Positions 1 to 8,823 of a stretch of DNA of 64,000 bases are shown piece after piece. Within the stretch, counting starts at the first letter, position 1, and each line of letters begins with the position of its first letter. The stretch is from contig JBMZTS010000001.1 in the NCBI GenBank assembly GCA_049623905.1, forward strand, positions 8,068 to 72,067, given 5' to 3'. Source of the stretch: Flavobacteriaceae bacterium. GTDB taxonomy: Bacteria > Bacteroidota > Bacteroidia > Flavobacteriales > Flavobacteriaceae. A model generated the notes under the pieces. The model was not told the origin of the DNA. It worked only from the letters and a program-made list of their open reading frames with translations, and did not search any database. Made by a program: the position numbers and the translations under genes.

Positions 1-857
1 TTCTCTTTGTATTTCGATTGTAAAAATCCGTCGGGGGTTAAAAGCTCGTCTTTGTATGAGGGATCAAGTGAATTGAGAAAATCAAATTTCCCCTGTGTGA
101 ATTGCATAAATTCACTTTGTATGTCTGGAAGAAAGCTAATGGCAATGGCTTCTAAATGGGGGAGTTGTTTGCCTGTATCATCTCGCTCAAAATAGGAGGG
201 GTTTCGGCGCAAAACCAATTTGACATCTTCTTCCCATGTCTTGAATAGAAATGGGCCAGTACCGATAGGATGTTTTCTAAAATCATGATTGTTGTCCTCG
301 AGAACTTCACGAGGCACAACCGCGCAATAGCGCATACTGAGTAACCCAATAAAGGCGGGGAAAGCTTGTTTTAATTTAATTTGGAAGACGCTGTCGTTGA
401 CTGCGTTATAATGATCAACTTGCTGCAAAACCCATCCTCCTGGCGAACCAATGTTCTTGTCTAAAAGTCGATCAAAACTGTAAACAAAATCCGAAGCGAC
501 AACGGGTCGCGTTTGTTTTGCTCCAAAGTGAACTGCAGGATGAAAATAAACATCAGATCTCAGATGAAAGGTATAGGTGGTGCCTAAGGAGTCAATTGAC
601 CACTGCTTTGCAATTTCTGGGATAACATTCAGATCGTTGTCGAGTTGTACCAAACCATTGAAAACTTGCTGAATTGGCCAAATGTTTTGTGGATTTCTCG
701 CAAAGGCAGGATCTAGCGAAGTGATATTTCTAAATTCGTTGTAGCGAAAAACGGAAGTTTGATCAATGTCAATTTTGGACGCACAACTGGCGCCAAAAAC
801 CAGAAATACCATCGCTAGTATTGAGAGAGAAAGAATCGGACTAAAAATGCGGTTCAA
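1..857 (-). CDS. ABC transporter substrate-binding protein, peptide/nickel family 5 (runs off the window start)
   Basis: Not in the ORF track. Manual translation from TTG 857 (or ATG 812) gives ...GASCASKIDIDQTSVFRYNEFRNITSLDPAFARNPQNIWPIQQVFNGLVQLD...YTFHLRSDVYFH, with a lipobox-like Cys and OppA/DppA motifs. Confidence 0.85.
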   Translation of the reverse strand, partial: MNRIFSPILSLSILAMVFLVFGASCASKIDIDQTSVFRYNEFRNITSLDPAFARNPQNIWPIQQVFNGLVQLDNDLNVIPEIAKQWSIDSLGTTYTFHLRSDVYFHPAVHFGAKQTRPVVASDFVYSFDRLLDKNIGSPGGWVLQQVDHYNAVNDSVFQIKLKQAFPAFIGLLSMRYCAVVPREVLEDNNHDFRKHPIGTGPFLFKTWEEDVKLVLRRNPSYFERDDTGKQLPHLEAIAISFLPDIQSEFMQFTQGKFDFLNSLDPSYKDELLTPDGFLQSKYKE

Positions 858-859
858 AA

Positions 860-2245
860 TTGTATCTTTGCAACAAAATTAAGCTATTTAAATCAGTCTT
901 GCAGACCACATTAACACAAAAAAAGCAGTCATCAGCAGCCCTAACCCGGGTGGCTTTTCATACACTGGGGTGTAAATTAAACTTTTCTGAGACAGCAGAA
1001 ATAGCCAAAGGCTTTTCTTCCAGTCATTATCAACGTGTTGATTTTGACCAAACCGCAGATGTTTACATTATTAACACCTGTTCGGTGACTGAAAATGCAG
1101 ATAAACGTTTTAAATCACTTGTTTCAAAAGTCATGCGACAAAACAGTGAAGCCTTTGTAGCGGCTATTGGCTGTTATGCCCAACTCCAGCCAGAAGCACT
1201 TGCGGCTGTAGATGGTGTAGATTTAGTTCTTGGGGCCTCTGAAAAATTTAAGTTGACTCAATACTTAGATGACATCAACAAGCGTGTAAACTCTGAAATA
1301 CATGCCTGTGAAATAGAGACAGTCGAGGATTATCAAAGCAGTTTTTCTATCGGCGATAGGACCCGTGCATTTTTAAAAGTGCAAGATGGTTGCGATTACA
1401 AATGCTCCTACTGTACTATTCCAAAGGCCCGCGGAATTTCACGTTCAGATACGGTGACGAGTGTAGTTTCTAAAGCGACTGAAATTGCCGCACAATCAAT
1501 TAAAGAGATCGTCCTTACCGGCGTCAATATTGGTGATTTTGGAAAAGGTGAATACGGCTTAAAACAACACAACGCCACTTTTTTAGATTTAATCAAAGCC
1601 TTGGATCGGGTAAAAGGAATTGAACGTATAAGAATTTCTTCTATTGAACCTAATCTATTAAAAAATGAGATCATCGCCTTTGTTGGAAATAGTGATCGTT
1701 TTGTGCCGCATTTTCATGTTCCACTTCAAAGTGGAAGCGATGTGGTGCTTAAAAAAATGCGCCGCCGGTACTTATCAGCTCTCTATGCTGATCGCGTTAG
1801 TCAAATTAAACGCATGATGCCCGAGGCGTGTATAGGAGTGGATGTTATTGTGGGTTTTCCGGGCGAAACTGAGGACGAATTTTTAAAGACCTATCGTTTT
1901 TTAGCTGATTTGGATATTGCATACCTTCATGTGTTCACTTATTCTGAGCGTCCCAATACTGAAGCTGTTCATTTTGAGGGCGTGGTCCCCATGTCTGTTA
2001 GAAATAAACGATCTAAACTCCTTCGCGGTCTATCGGTAAAAAAGCGCCATGCGTTTTATCAGTCCCAACTGGGAACAAATCAACGCGTGCTGTGGGAAGG
2101 CGAAAATAAAAAAGGGTACATCCACGGTTTCACCTCCAACTATGTCAAATTGCGCAAAGTTTGGGATCCGAAATGGATCAATACACTAGAGACGGTTCAT
2201 TTAAAAAGAATCGACGAAGAGGGTTTTGTAAGGCCGGAAGATTAG
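860..2245 (+). CDS. mtaB: tRNA t6A37 methylthiotransferase MtaB
   Basis: TLGCKLNFSE N-terminal motif and radical SAM motif QDGCDYKCSYC. The true start is probably downstream of 860, which overlaps a promoter box. Confidence 0.92.
   Translation: MYLCNKIKLFKSVLQTTLTQKKQSSAALTRVAFHTLGCKLNFSETAEIAKGFSSSHYQRVDFDQTADVYIINTCSVTENADKRFKSLVSKVMRQNSEAFVAAIGCYAQLQPEALAAVDGVDLVLGASEKFKLTQYLDDINKRVNSEIHACEIETVEDYQSSFSIGDRTRAFLKVQDGCDYKCSYCTIPKARGISRSDTVTSVVSKATEIAAQSIKEIVLTGVNIGDFGKGEYGLKQHNATFLDLIKALDRVKGIERIRISSIEPNLLKNEIIAFVGNSDRFVPHFHVPLQSGSDVVLKKMRRRYLSALYADRVSQIKRMMPEACIGVDVIVGFPGETEDEFLKTYRFLADLDIAYLHVFTYSERPNTEAVHFEGVVPMSVRNKRSKLLRGLSVKKRHAFYQSQLGTNQRVLWEGENKKGYIHGFTSNYVKLRKVWDPKWINTLETVHLKRIDEEGFVRPED
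863..881. promoter_or_regulatory. Overlapping divergent Bacteroidota -7 promoter boxes
   Basis: TATCTTTG on + at 863-870 and TAATTTTG on - at 874-881. Confidence 0.6.
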
Positions 2246-2535
2246 AGTTTTATACCCACCGGTAAGAGCTCTTTATACCGTTTGTTTTTTCTGAGAAATC
2301 CAGCTATTTCTGGACTCGTAGGTACGACTTTTAGATTTCTTTCAGCGACATGATCTAGAACTAATTTGATGAATTCATCTTTAAATTCGAGGGAGGCGAT
2401 GGTCTCAGGAACAATCAGCTTTGTTAAGAAAATTTTGCGTTCTTGTTCTGCATATTCAATACGCGCCATGGTGTCGTTAACCATAACCTCGAATTGACGT
2501 AAAAAATCATTGTTTTCAAGGACGAGTTTACTCAT
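2242..2535 (-). CDS. Small GNAT-like N-acetyltransferase (YjdJ/Acetyltransf_CG-like)
   Basis: 97 aa, RQFE...ARIEY...LKVVPTSP pattern. Confidence 0.7.
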   Translation of the reverse strand: MSKLVLENNDFLRQFEVMVNDTMARIEYAEQERKIFLTKLIVPETIASLEFKDEFIKLVLDHVAERNLKVVPTSPEIAGFLRKNKRYKELLPVGIKL

Positions 2536-2671
2536 TGAGTGAAGAATTTTGTTTAGAAGCTTTACGCTTTTTTAATAATCATCAAAAAAATACTAATTTG
2601 AGAGATATTTTTTTAAGACAATGGAATACAAAGATACTAAATTTTAGTTACTTGATAACAATTTATTAACC

Positions 2672-3352
2672 TTGAGCGTGAGAAGTAGATTAAAAACCCC
2701 TGTTTATCTGATGCCTGGTATGGCTGCGAGCCCTAAAATTTTCGAATTTATTCGTCTCCCAGAAAAATTTGAACTGATACCACTATCTTGGATGCCTCCT
2801 TTAGCTGGAGAAACGCTTTCGCACTATGCTTTGAGGATGAGTAAAAGGATAAGCGATCCCAACCCCGTGTTACTAGGAGTCTCTTTTGGAGGAATTCTCG
2901 TGCAAGAAATTGCAAAACACATTCCGGTTCACAAAGTCATTGTGGTATCGAGTGCTAAGTCTAACAAAGAACTGTCCAATTCTATGAAGATTGCCAAAAC
3001 AACAGGAGCGCACAAGTTGCTGCCCACTCAGTGGATAAAAAATTTAGAGAGTTTGTGTCTTTTTGTTTTTGGCCCGTCGATAAAATCAAAGGTTGAGGCT
3101 TATCAAAAGTACCTTTCTGAGCGCGATCCTGCTTATCTGGATTGGTCTATCAACGCCATTGTAAATTGGGATCAGTCTGAACCAGATTCCGATATTATTC
3201 ATATTCATGGCGATAAAGACAGTGTTTTTCCCATAAAAAATATTGATAAAAGGGTTAACTTTTATTCCATTGAAAATGCAACACATGCTATGATTTTGAC
3301 ACATCACAAGTGGTTTAATAAAAATTTACCAAACATTATTACTAATCATTAA
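2672..3352 (+). CDS. Alpha/beta hydrolase
   Basis: GVSFGG nucleophile elbow, HIHGDKD, terminal His. Confidence 0.85.
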   Translation: MSVRSRLKTPVYLMPGMAASPKIFEFIRLPEKFELIPLSWMPPLAGETLSHYALRMSKRISDPNPVLLGVSFGGILVQEIAKHIPVHKVIVVSSAKSNKELSNSMKIAKTTGAHKLLPTQWIKNLESLCLFVFGPSIKSKVEAYQKYLSERDPAYLDWSINAIVNWDQSEPDSDIIHIHGDKDSVFPIKNIDKRVNFYSIENATHAMILTHHKWFNKNLPNIITNH

Positions 3353-3364
3353 TATCTTACCCCA

Positions 3365-4276
3365 ATGAAATCTCACTACTATTATCTCCTTTTAACGATC
3401 TGCCTTATGGCGATAGCAATTATATCGTTCAAAACTCAACCTTCACACGTTTTTGTCACCTCCGATTATCCATCTAATTACAAGATTCACGCCCTTCATA
3501 TTCCGGATGAGGTTAGTTTTGCGCATGAGGTTATGCCGTTAGATGAGCCAGACCTCAGAGAGCGTATGGACAAAGAACTTTTGGTCAATACGTATTGGCA
3601 ATCTAACACGGTTTTAATGATTAAAAGAGCTCATAAGTATTTTCCTATAATCGAAAAAATATTGGCGGAAGAAGGTGTGCCAGATGATTTTAAATACCTT
3701 GCTCTAATTGAAAGTGGTTTAGAAAACCTTGTTTCTCCTAAGGGTGCTAAAGGGTTTTGGCAAATTATGCGGACAACAGGAAGAGAATATGGGCTTGAAG
3801 TTAACGCGAATGTCGATGAGCGTTACCATCTTGAATTGTCGACACGTGTCGCCTGTGCTTACCTGAAAAAGGCAAAAGAAAAACTGGGTTCTTGGACATT
3901 GGCTGCAGCATCCTACAATCGCGGGGTTTCAGGAATAAAGAGAATATTACAAACACAACAGGCCGATCAATATGCCGACCTCTTATTGGGGACCGAGACC
4001 AAACGTTATCTTTTTCGTATCATGGCGGTCAAAGAAATTGTTTCTCATCCTGAGCGCTACGGGTTCTTTGTCGATGATTTTCAAAAGTACCGTCCCCTTG
4101 TCTTTCGGACTGTTAAAGTCGATACAGCCATCACTAATATTGCGCGTTTCTCAAAACAGATGGGAATTAATTACAAAACGATGAAGCTGTACAATCCTTG
4201 GCTACTGGAAAATCATTTGAACAATAAATCTCGGAAATTATACCACATTGCCCTGCCTGTATTGGAGGGGCCTTAG
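3365..4276 (+). CDS. Lytic transglycosylase (SLT/MltD-like)
   Basis: LIES, GAKGFWQIM and ASYNRG motifs. Confidence 0.9.
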   Translation: MKSHYYYLLLTICLMAIAIISFKTQPSHVFVTSDYPSNYKIHALHIPDEVSFAHEVMPLDEPDLRERMDKELLVNTYWQSNTVLMIKRAHKYFPIIEKILAEEGVPDDFKYLALIESGLENLVSPKGAKGFWQIMRTTGREYGLEVNANVDERYHLELSTRVACAYLKKAKEKLGSWTLAAASYNRGVSGIKRILQTQQADQYADLLLGTETKRYLFRIMAVKEIVSHPERYGFFVDDFQKYRPLVFRTVKVDTAITNIARFSKQMGINYKTMKLYNPWLLENHLNNKSRKLYHIALPVLEGP

Positions 4277-4788
4277 ATTTTTTTCATCTGTTGTTGCATG
4301 AGTTTAATTTGTTCACTCAATACATTGTGCGTATCTGCTTTTTTCGCCTCACTAAGTAGAGTAGAGGCCTCCCGCTTTCTTCTTTTTTGCATCAGGATGC
4401 CCGCCAAGCTAAGTTTAGCCATGGCCTCGTCGGTACTCATCGACAAGCCAAGTGAAAGGGCCTTCCGAAACGATTTTTCGGCTTTTGTCAAATTTGTTTG
4501 CGATTCGATGACGCCGTGAAGATAGTGGAAGTAGCCTTGTTGCTTTGTTACAAGATTCGCTTGAGGATTACTAATGCGATTTAGCCATACAAGTGTTCCA
4601 GAAAAGTCTTGTTTACGCAAACGTAGAAAAGCTAAAAAGATGATTTCGTTTTTAAAATAGAGCAAAATAAATAGGCCCGAGAGGAGGATAAGAAAGATTC
4701 CGTTACCGATATAACTTTCTATAAATTGATAAATGGCATAGCCAAAACTGGCAGCAGCTAAAATGAGTTTAATGACCTTAGGGAACAT
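4273..4788 (-). CDS. Membrane protein with two N-terminal TM helices and TPR-like C-terminus
   Basis: Hydrophobic N-terminus followed by a helical TPR-like pattern (YFHYLHGVI...AEKSFRKALSLG). Confidence 0.65.
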   Translation of the reverse strand: MFPKVIKLILAAASFGYAIYQFIESYIGNGIFLILLSGLFILLYFKNEIIFLAFLRLRKQDFSGTLVWLNRISNPQANLVTKQQGYFHYLHGVIESQTNLTKAEKSFRKALSLGLSMSTDEAMAKLSLAGILMQKRRKREASTLLSEAKKADTHNVLSEQIKLMQQQMKKI

Positions 4789-4866
4789 GGATAAATTTTG
4801 ATGCTAAAATAGTAAAAACAATCGGAACAATTTTTTGTTTCTATTTGTCTACAATAAAAGTTATCG

Positions 4867-4874
4867 TATATTTG
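4867..4874 (+). promoter_or_regulatory. -7 promoter box for rpmH
   Basis: TATATTTG matches the TAnnTTTG consensus. Confidence 0.6.
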
Positions 4875-4925
4875 CCCTCGATAAAAAAAGCGGCTTAAAT
4901 TGCTTTTTATCTATTCAAAGCTATT

Positions 4926-5084
4926 ATGAAAAGAACATTTCAACCCTCGAAGAGAAAAAGAAGAAACAAACATGGTTTCAGAGAGCGTATGGCGTCTGCT
5001 AATGGTAGAAAAGTCTTAGCTAGCCGAAGAGCAAAAGGAAGAAAGAAAATCTCAGTTTCCTCTGAACCAAGACATAAAAAATAA
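4926..5084 (+). CDS. rpmH: 50S ribosomal protein L34
   Basis: Not in the ORF track. Manual translation: [52 protein letters not shown]. Confidence 0.98.
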   Translation: MKRTFQPSKRKRRNKHGFRERMASANGRKVLASRRAKGRKKISVSSEPRHKK

Positions 5085-5106
5085 TGATTTATAATCATCA
5101 AAATAG

Positions 5107-5140
5107 AGTGTTACTTATTCGTAAGTAACACTTTTTTTTT
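5107..5140 (+). terminator. Intrinsic terminator after rpmH
   Basis: AGTGTTACTTA-TTCG-TAAGTAACACT followed by a T-tract. Confidence 0.85.
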
Positions 5141-5166
5141 ATATTTATTTTAGACACTACAACCAT

Positions 5167-8019
5167 ATGCCAAAGAAAGAAAATCTCAGCAAAATACTCA
5201 TCATCGGGTCAGGTCCAATTATCATTGGCCAGGCGTGTGAATTTGATTATTCTGGAACACAAGCGTTGCGTTCGCTAAGGGAAGACGGAATAGAAACCGT
5301 TTTGATTAACTCCAATCCGGCGACCATCATGACCGATCCCTCTATGGCAGATCATGTGTATCTTAAGCCGTTGACGACAAAGTCATTGATTCATATTTTG
5401 AAGGAACATCAAGATATTGATGCTGTCCTACCCACTATGGGTGGTCAAACAGCTTTGAACTTGTGTATTGAAGCGGATGAAAAAGGAGTTTGGGAAGATT
5501 TTGATGTTGAAATTATTGGTGTAGATATCGATGCCATTAACATCACAGAGGATCGGCAAAAATTTAAAGAACTCCTCCAAACAATTGATATTCCTGTGGC
5601 CCCAGCCGATACAGCCACCTCTTTTCTAAAAGGAAAAGAAATAGCCCAAAGGTTTGGTTTTCCTTTAGTAATTAGACCGTCTTTTACCCTAGGTGGGACT
5701 GGTGCTTCTTTTGTCCATAGGGCGGAAGATTTTGATGAACTTCTTACCCGTGGGTTAGAAGCCTCTCCAATTCACGAGGTCCTTATCGATAAAGCCCTTC
5801 TTGGATGGAAAGAATATGAACTAGAATTATTGCGCGATAAAAATGACAATGTCGTTATTATCTGTACAATTGAAAATATGGACCCAATGGGTATTCATAC
5901 CGGCGACTCCATAACAGTTGCGCCAGCAATGACCCTTTCCGATTCAACTTACCAGCGCATGCGCGACATGGCCATCAAAATGATGCGGAGTATTGGCGAT
6001 TTTGCAGGCGGATGTAATGTTCAGTTCGCCGTTAGTCCAGACGAAAAAGAAGACATTATAGCGATTGAAATTAACCCCAGGGTTTCACGCTCTTCCGCAT
6101 TAGCCTCTAAAGCATCGGGATATCCCATTGCCAAAATTGCCGCCAAGCTTGCTATTGGTTATTCACTCGACGAACTTGACAACCAAATCACCCAGTCTAC
6201 TTCTGCGCTTTTTGAGCCTACGGTTGACTATGTGATTGTGAAAATTCCACGTTGGAATTTTGATAAATTTGAAGGCTCCGACCGCACCCTTGGTTTACAA
6301 ATGAAATCTGTTGGAGAGGTCATGGGAATTGGGCGTTCTTTCCAAGAAGCCCTCCACAAAGCCACTCAATCTCTTGAAATCAAACGCAATGGACTAGGAG
6401 CCGATGGCAAAGGATATACCGATTACGACACCATCATCAATAAACTCACCTTTGCAAGTTGGGATCGTGTTTTTGTACTTTATGACGCTATTCAAATGGG
6501 TATTCCACTTAGCCGAATCCATGAAATCACAAAAATAGATCTGTGGTTTTTACGCCAATTCGAGGAACTTCACATTCTTGAAAAAGAAATTGGTCAATAT
6601 GAGGTTTCTACTTTAGACAACGATTTGCTCCTAGAGGCAAAACAAAAGGGCTTTGCCGATCGACAAATCGCACATATGCTTGGGTGCTTAGAAAGTGAAG
6701 TGTATAAGCTTCGCAAGGAAAAAGGAATTCAGAGGGTCTATAAACTTGTGGACACTTGTGCCGCCGAATTTTCCGCCAAAACACCCTACTACTATTCTAC
6801 TTTTGAAGCTCAGATGCAAACAGCAGACAGCGCCCCTTACAGTGATAACGAAAGTGCCGTAAGTAATAAAAAGAAAATCATCGTTTTAGGGTCCGGTCCT
6901 AACCGTATCGGACAAGGAATTGAATTTGATTACTGTTGTGTTCATGGCGTTTTAGCGGCCTCCGAATGTGGTTATGAGACCATTATGATTAACTGTAATC
7001 CAGAAACGGTTTCAACCGATTTTGACATTGCAGATAAGCTTTATTTTGAACCTGTTTTTTGGGAACACATTTACGACATTATTCAGCACGAAAAACCAGA
7101 GGGTGTCATTGTGCAACTTGGAGGGCAAACGGCTCTTAAGCTGGCTGAAAAACTTGATCGTTATGGGATAAAAATTATTGGCACCAGTTTCGAATCTCTT
7201 GACTTGGCTGAGGACCGTGGGAATTTTTCCACCCTTCTTAAGGACAACAATATTCCTTATCCTGAATTTGGTGTAGCTGAAAATGCTGACCAGGCCCTAG
7301 CCTTAGCCGACCAATTAGACTTTCCCATTCTGGTTCGTCCTTCATATGTACTTGGGGGTCAAGGCATGAAAATTGTCATTAATAAAGAAGAATTAGAACA
7401 GCATGTGGTCGATTTATTACGAAAAATTCCAAACAATAAACTCTTGTTAGATCACTATTTGGATGGCGCTATTGAAGCAGAAGCAGATGCCATATGCGAT
7501 GGTGAAAACGTTTATATCATTGGGATAATGGAACACATTGAACCTTGCGGAATTCATTCCGGAGATTCAAATGCGACACTACCTGTCTTTAATTTGGGTG
7601 AATATGTCTTGCAACAAATAAAAGACCATACGATTAAGATCGCCAAAGCGCTAAATACGGTCGGTCTAATCAATATACAGTTTGCAGTAAAGAACGATAA
7701 GGTTTTTATCATCGAAGCCAATCCTCGTGCGTCTAGAACTGTTCCTTTTATTGCTAAAGCCTATAAGGAACCTTATGTCAATTATGCGACAAAGGTCATG
7801 CTCGGTGCAAAAAAGGTCACAGACTTTGATTTTAAACCCCACTTGGAAGGCTATGCGATAAAGCAACCTGTTTTTTCATTCAACAAGTTTCCAAATGTGA
7901 ACAAGCAACTGGGGCCTGAGATGAAAAGCACAGGTGAAAGCATTTTGTTTATAGATTCTCTTAAAGATGATGATTTTTACAATCTCTACTCCCGTAGAAA
8001 AATGTATTTGACCAAGTAA
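5167..8019 (+). CDS. carB: Carbamoyl-phosphate synthase large subunit (no C-terminal MGS-like domain)
   Basis: GSGPIIIGQACEFDYSG, two ATP-grasp halves, GPEMKSTGE near the C-terminus. Confidence 0.97.
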   Translation: MPKKENLSKILIIGSGPIIIGQACEFDYSGTQALRSLREDGIETVLINSNPATIMTDPSMADHVYLKPLTTKSLIHILKEHQDIDAVLPTMGGQTALNLCIEADEKGVWEDFDVEIIGVDIDAINITEDRQKFKELLQTIDIPVAPADTATSFLKGKEIAQRFGFPLVIRPSFTLGGTGASFVHRAEDFDELLTRGLEASPIHEVLIDKALLGWKEYELELLRDKNDNVVIICTIENMDPMGIHTGDSITVAPAMTLSDSTYQRMRDMAIKMMRSIGDFAGGCNVQFAVSPDEKEDIIAIEINPRVSRSSALASKASGYPIAKIAAKLAIGYSLDELDNQITQSTSALFEPTVDYVIVKIPRWNFDKFEGSDRTLGLQMKSVGEVMGIGRSFQEALHKATQSLEIKRNGLGADGKGYTDYDTIINKLTFASWDRVFVLYDAIQMGIPLSRIHEITKIDLWFLRQFEELHILEKEIGQYEVSTLDNDLLLEAKQKGFADRQIAHMLGCLESEVYKLRKEKGIQRVYKLVDTCAAEFSAKTPYYYSTFEAQMQTADSAPYSDNESAVSNKKKIIVLGSGPNRIGQGIEFDYCCVHGVLAASECGYETIMINCNPETVSTDFDIADKLYFEPVFWEHIYDIIQHEKPEGVIVQLGGQTALKLAEKLDRYGIKIIGTSFESLDLAEDRGNFSTLLKDNNIPYPEFGVAENADQALALADQLDFPILVRPSYVLGGQGMKIVINKEELEQHVVDLLRKIPNNKLLLDHYLDGAIEAEADAICDGENVYIIGIMEHIEPCGIHSGDSNATLPVFNLGEYVLQQIKDHTIKIAKALNTVGLINIQFAVKNDKVFIIEANPRASRTVPFIAKAYKEPYVNYATKVMLGAKKVTDFDFKPHLEGYAIKQPVFSFNKFPNVNKQLGPEMKSTGESILFIDSLKDDDFYNLYSRRKMYLTK

Positions 8020-8057
8020 TCAAAAAATACTTACTTTTATAAAAAAAGTATAGACCC

Positions 8058-8549
8058 ATGAAAGATGTAAAGAAAGAAACGATGCTCATCATCAGTTTAA
8101 TCGTCTTGGCTGTTGCTTCAAGACTATTGCCACATCCTCCTAATTTTGCTCCCATAACGGGAATAGCACTTTTTGCTGTGACTAAGTTCAAGTCTAAATG
8201 GATCGCTTTTATTTTTCCGCTTTTATGCCTTTTCTTTACAGATCTTATCTTAGGACTAAGTTGGATTAATTTATTTGTTTATTTCTCATTTGTTTTGATT
8301 TCTAGTTTAGGCCTTTACAGTAAAAAAATAAAATTGCACACCGTATTTTTCTCTTCAATTATATTTTTTGTTGTATCCAATTTTGGCGTTTGGTTGTTGT
8401 ATTACCCTCTTACACTTGAGGGACTTCTCGCTTGTTTTACATTGGCTATCCCATTTTATGTCAATACTCTAGCTGGAGATTTAGTTTATACAGGGGTTAT
8501 TTTTTACGCCTTTTCGAGGATAAAAAATACCTATTTCAAAATCGCATAA
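8058..8549 (+). CDS. DUF6580-like membrane protein, possible ECF S-component
   Basis: RLLPHPPNFAP motif, multiple TM segments, adjacent to the B12 locus. Confidence 0.7.
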   Translation: MKDVKKETMLIISLIVLAVASRLLPHPPNFAPITGIALFAVTKFKSKWIAFIFPLLCLFFTDLILGLSWINLFVYFSFVLISSLGLYSKKIKLHTVFFSSIIFFVVSNFGVWLLYYPLTLEGLLACFTLAIPFYVNTLAGDLVYTGVIFYAFSRIKNTYFKIA

Positions 8550-8580
8550 TCTCTAATTTCTTTTGTAGTTTTACCCCATG

Positions 8581-8745
8581 AACAGGTTCTTGCTATGCAA
8601 GATGAAAAGGGAAATTGGTTAAAAGCCAATGCTGTACCCGCAACTGTAAGCTTAGTCCACTAACGGATGTTTTCTAAAAACTCAATACCACTGATTTTTT
8701 TTCGGGAAGGTGATTAGAAAAACGCAAGCCAGGAGACCTGCCTAT
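8581..8745 (+). ncRNA. Cobalamin riboswitch
   Basis: AGGTTC...AAAAGGGAA...GCTGTACCCGCAACTGTAAG...CCACTG...GGGAAGG...AAGCCAGGAGACCTGCC (B12 box), upstream of a TonB receptor. Confidence 0.95.
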
Positions 8746-8823
8746 TCATAGTGAATCACTTCTTCGGGGATAAAGAGGTTGACTTGCTCGTTTGGATGTA
8801 GTATCCCATAAAATTAATTTACC

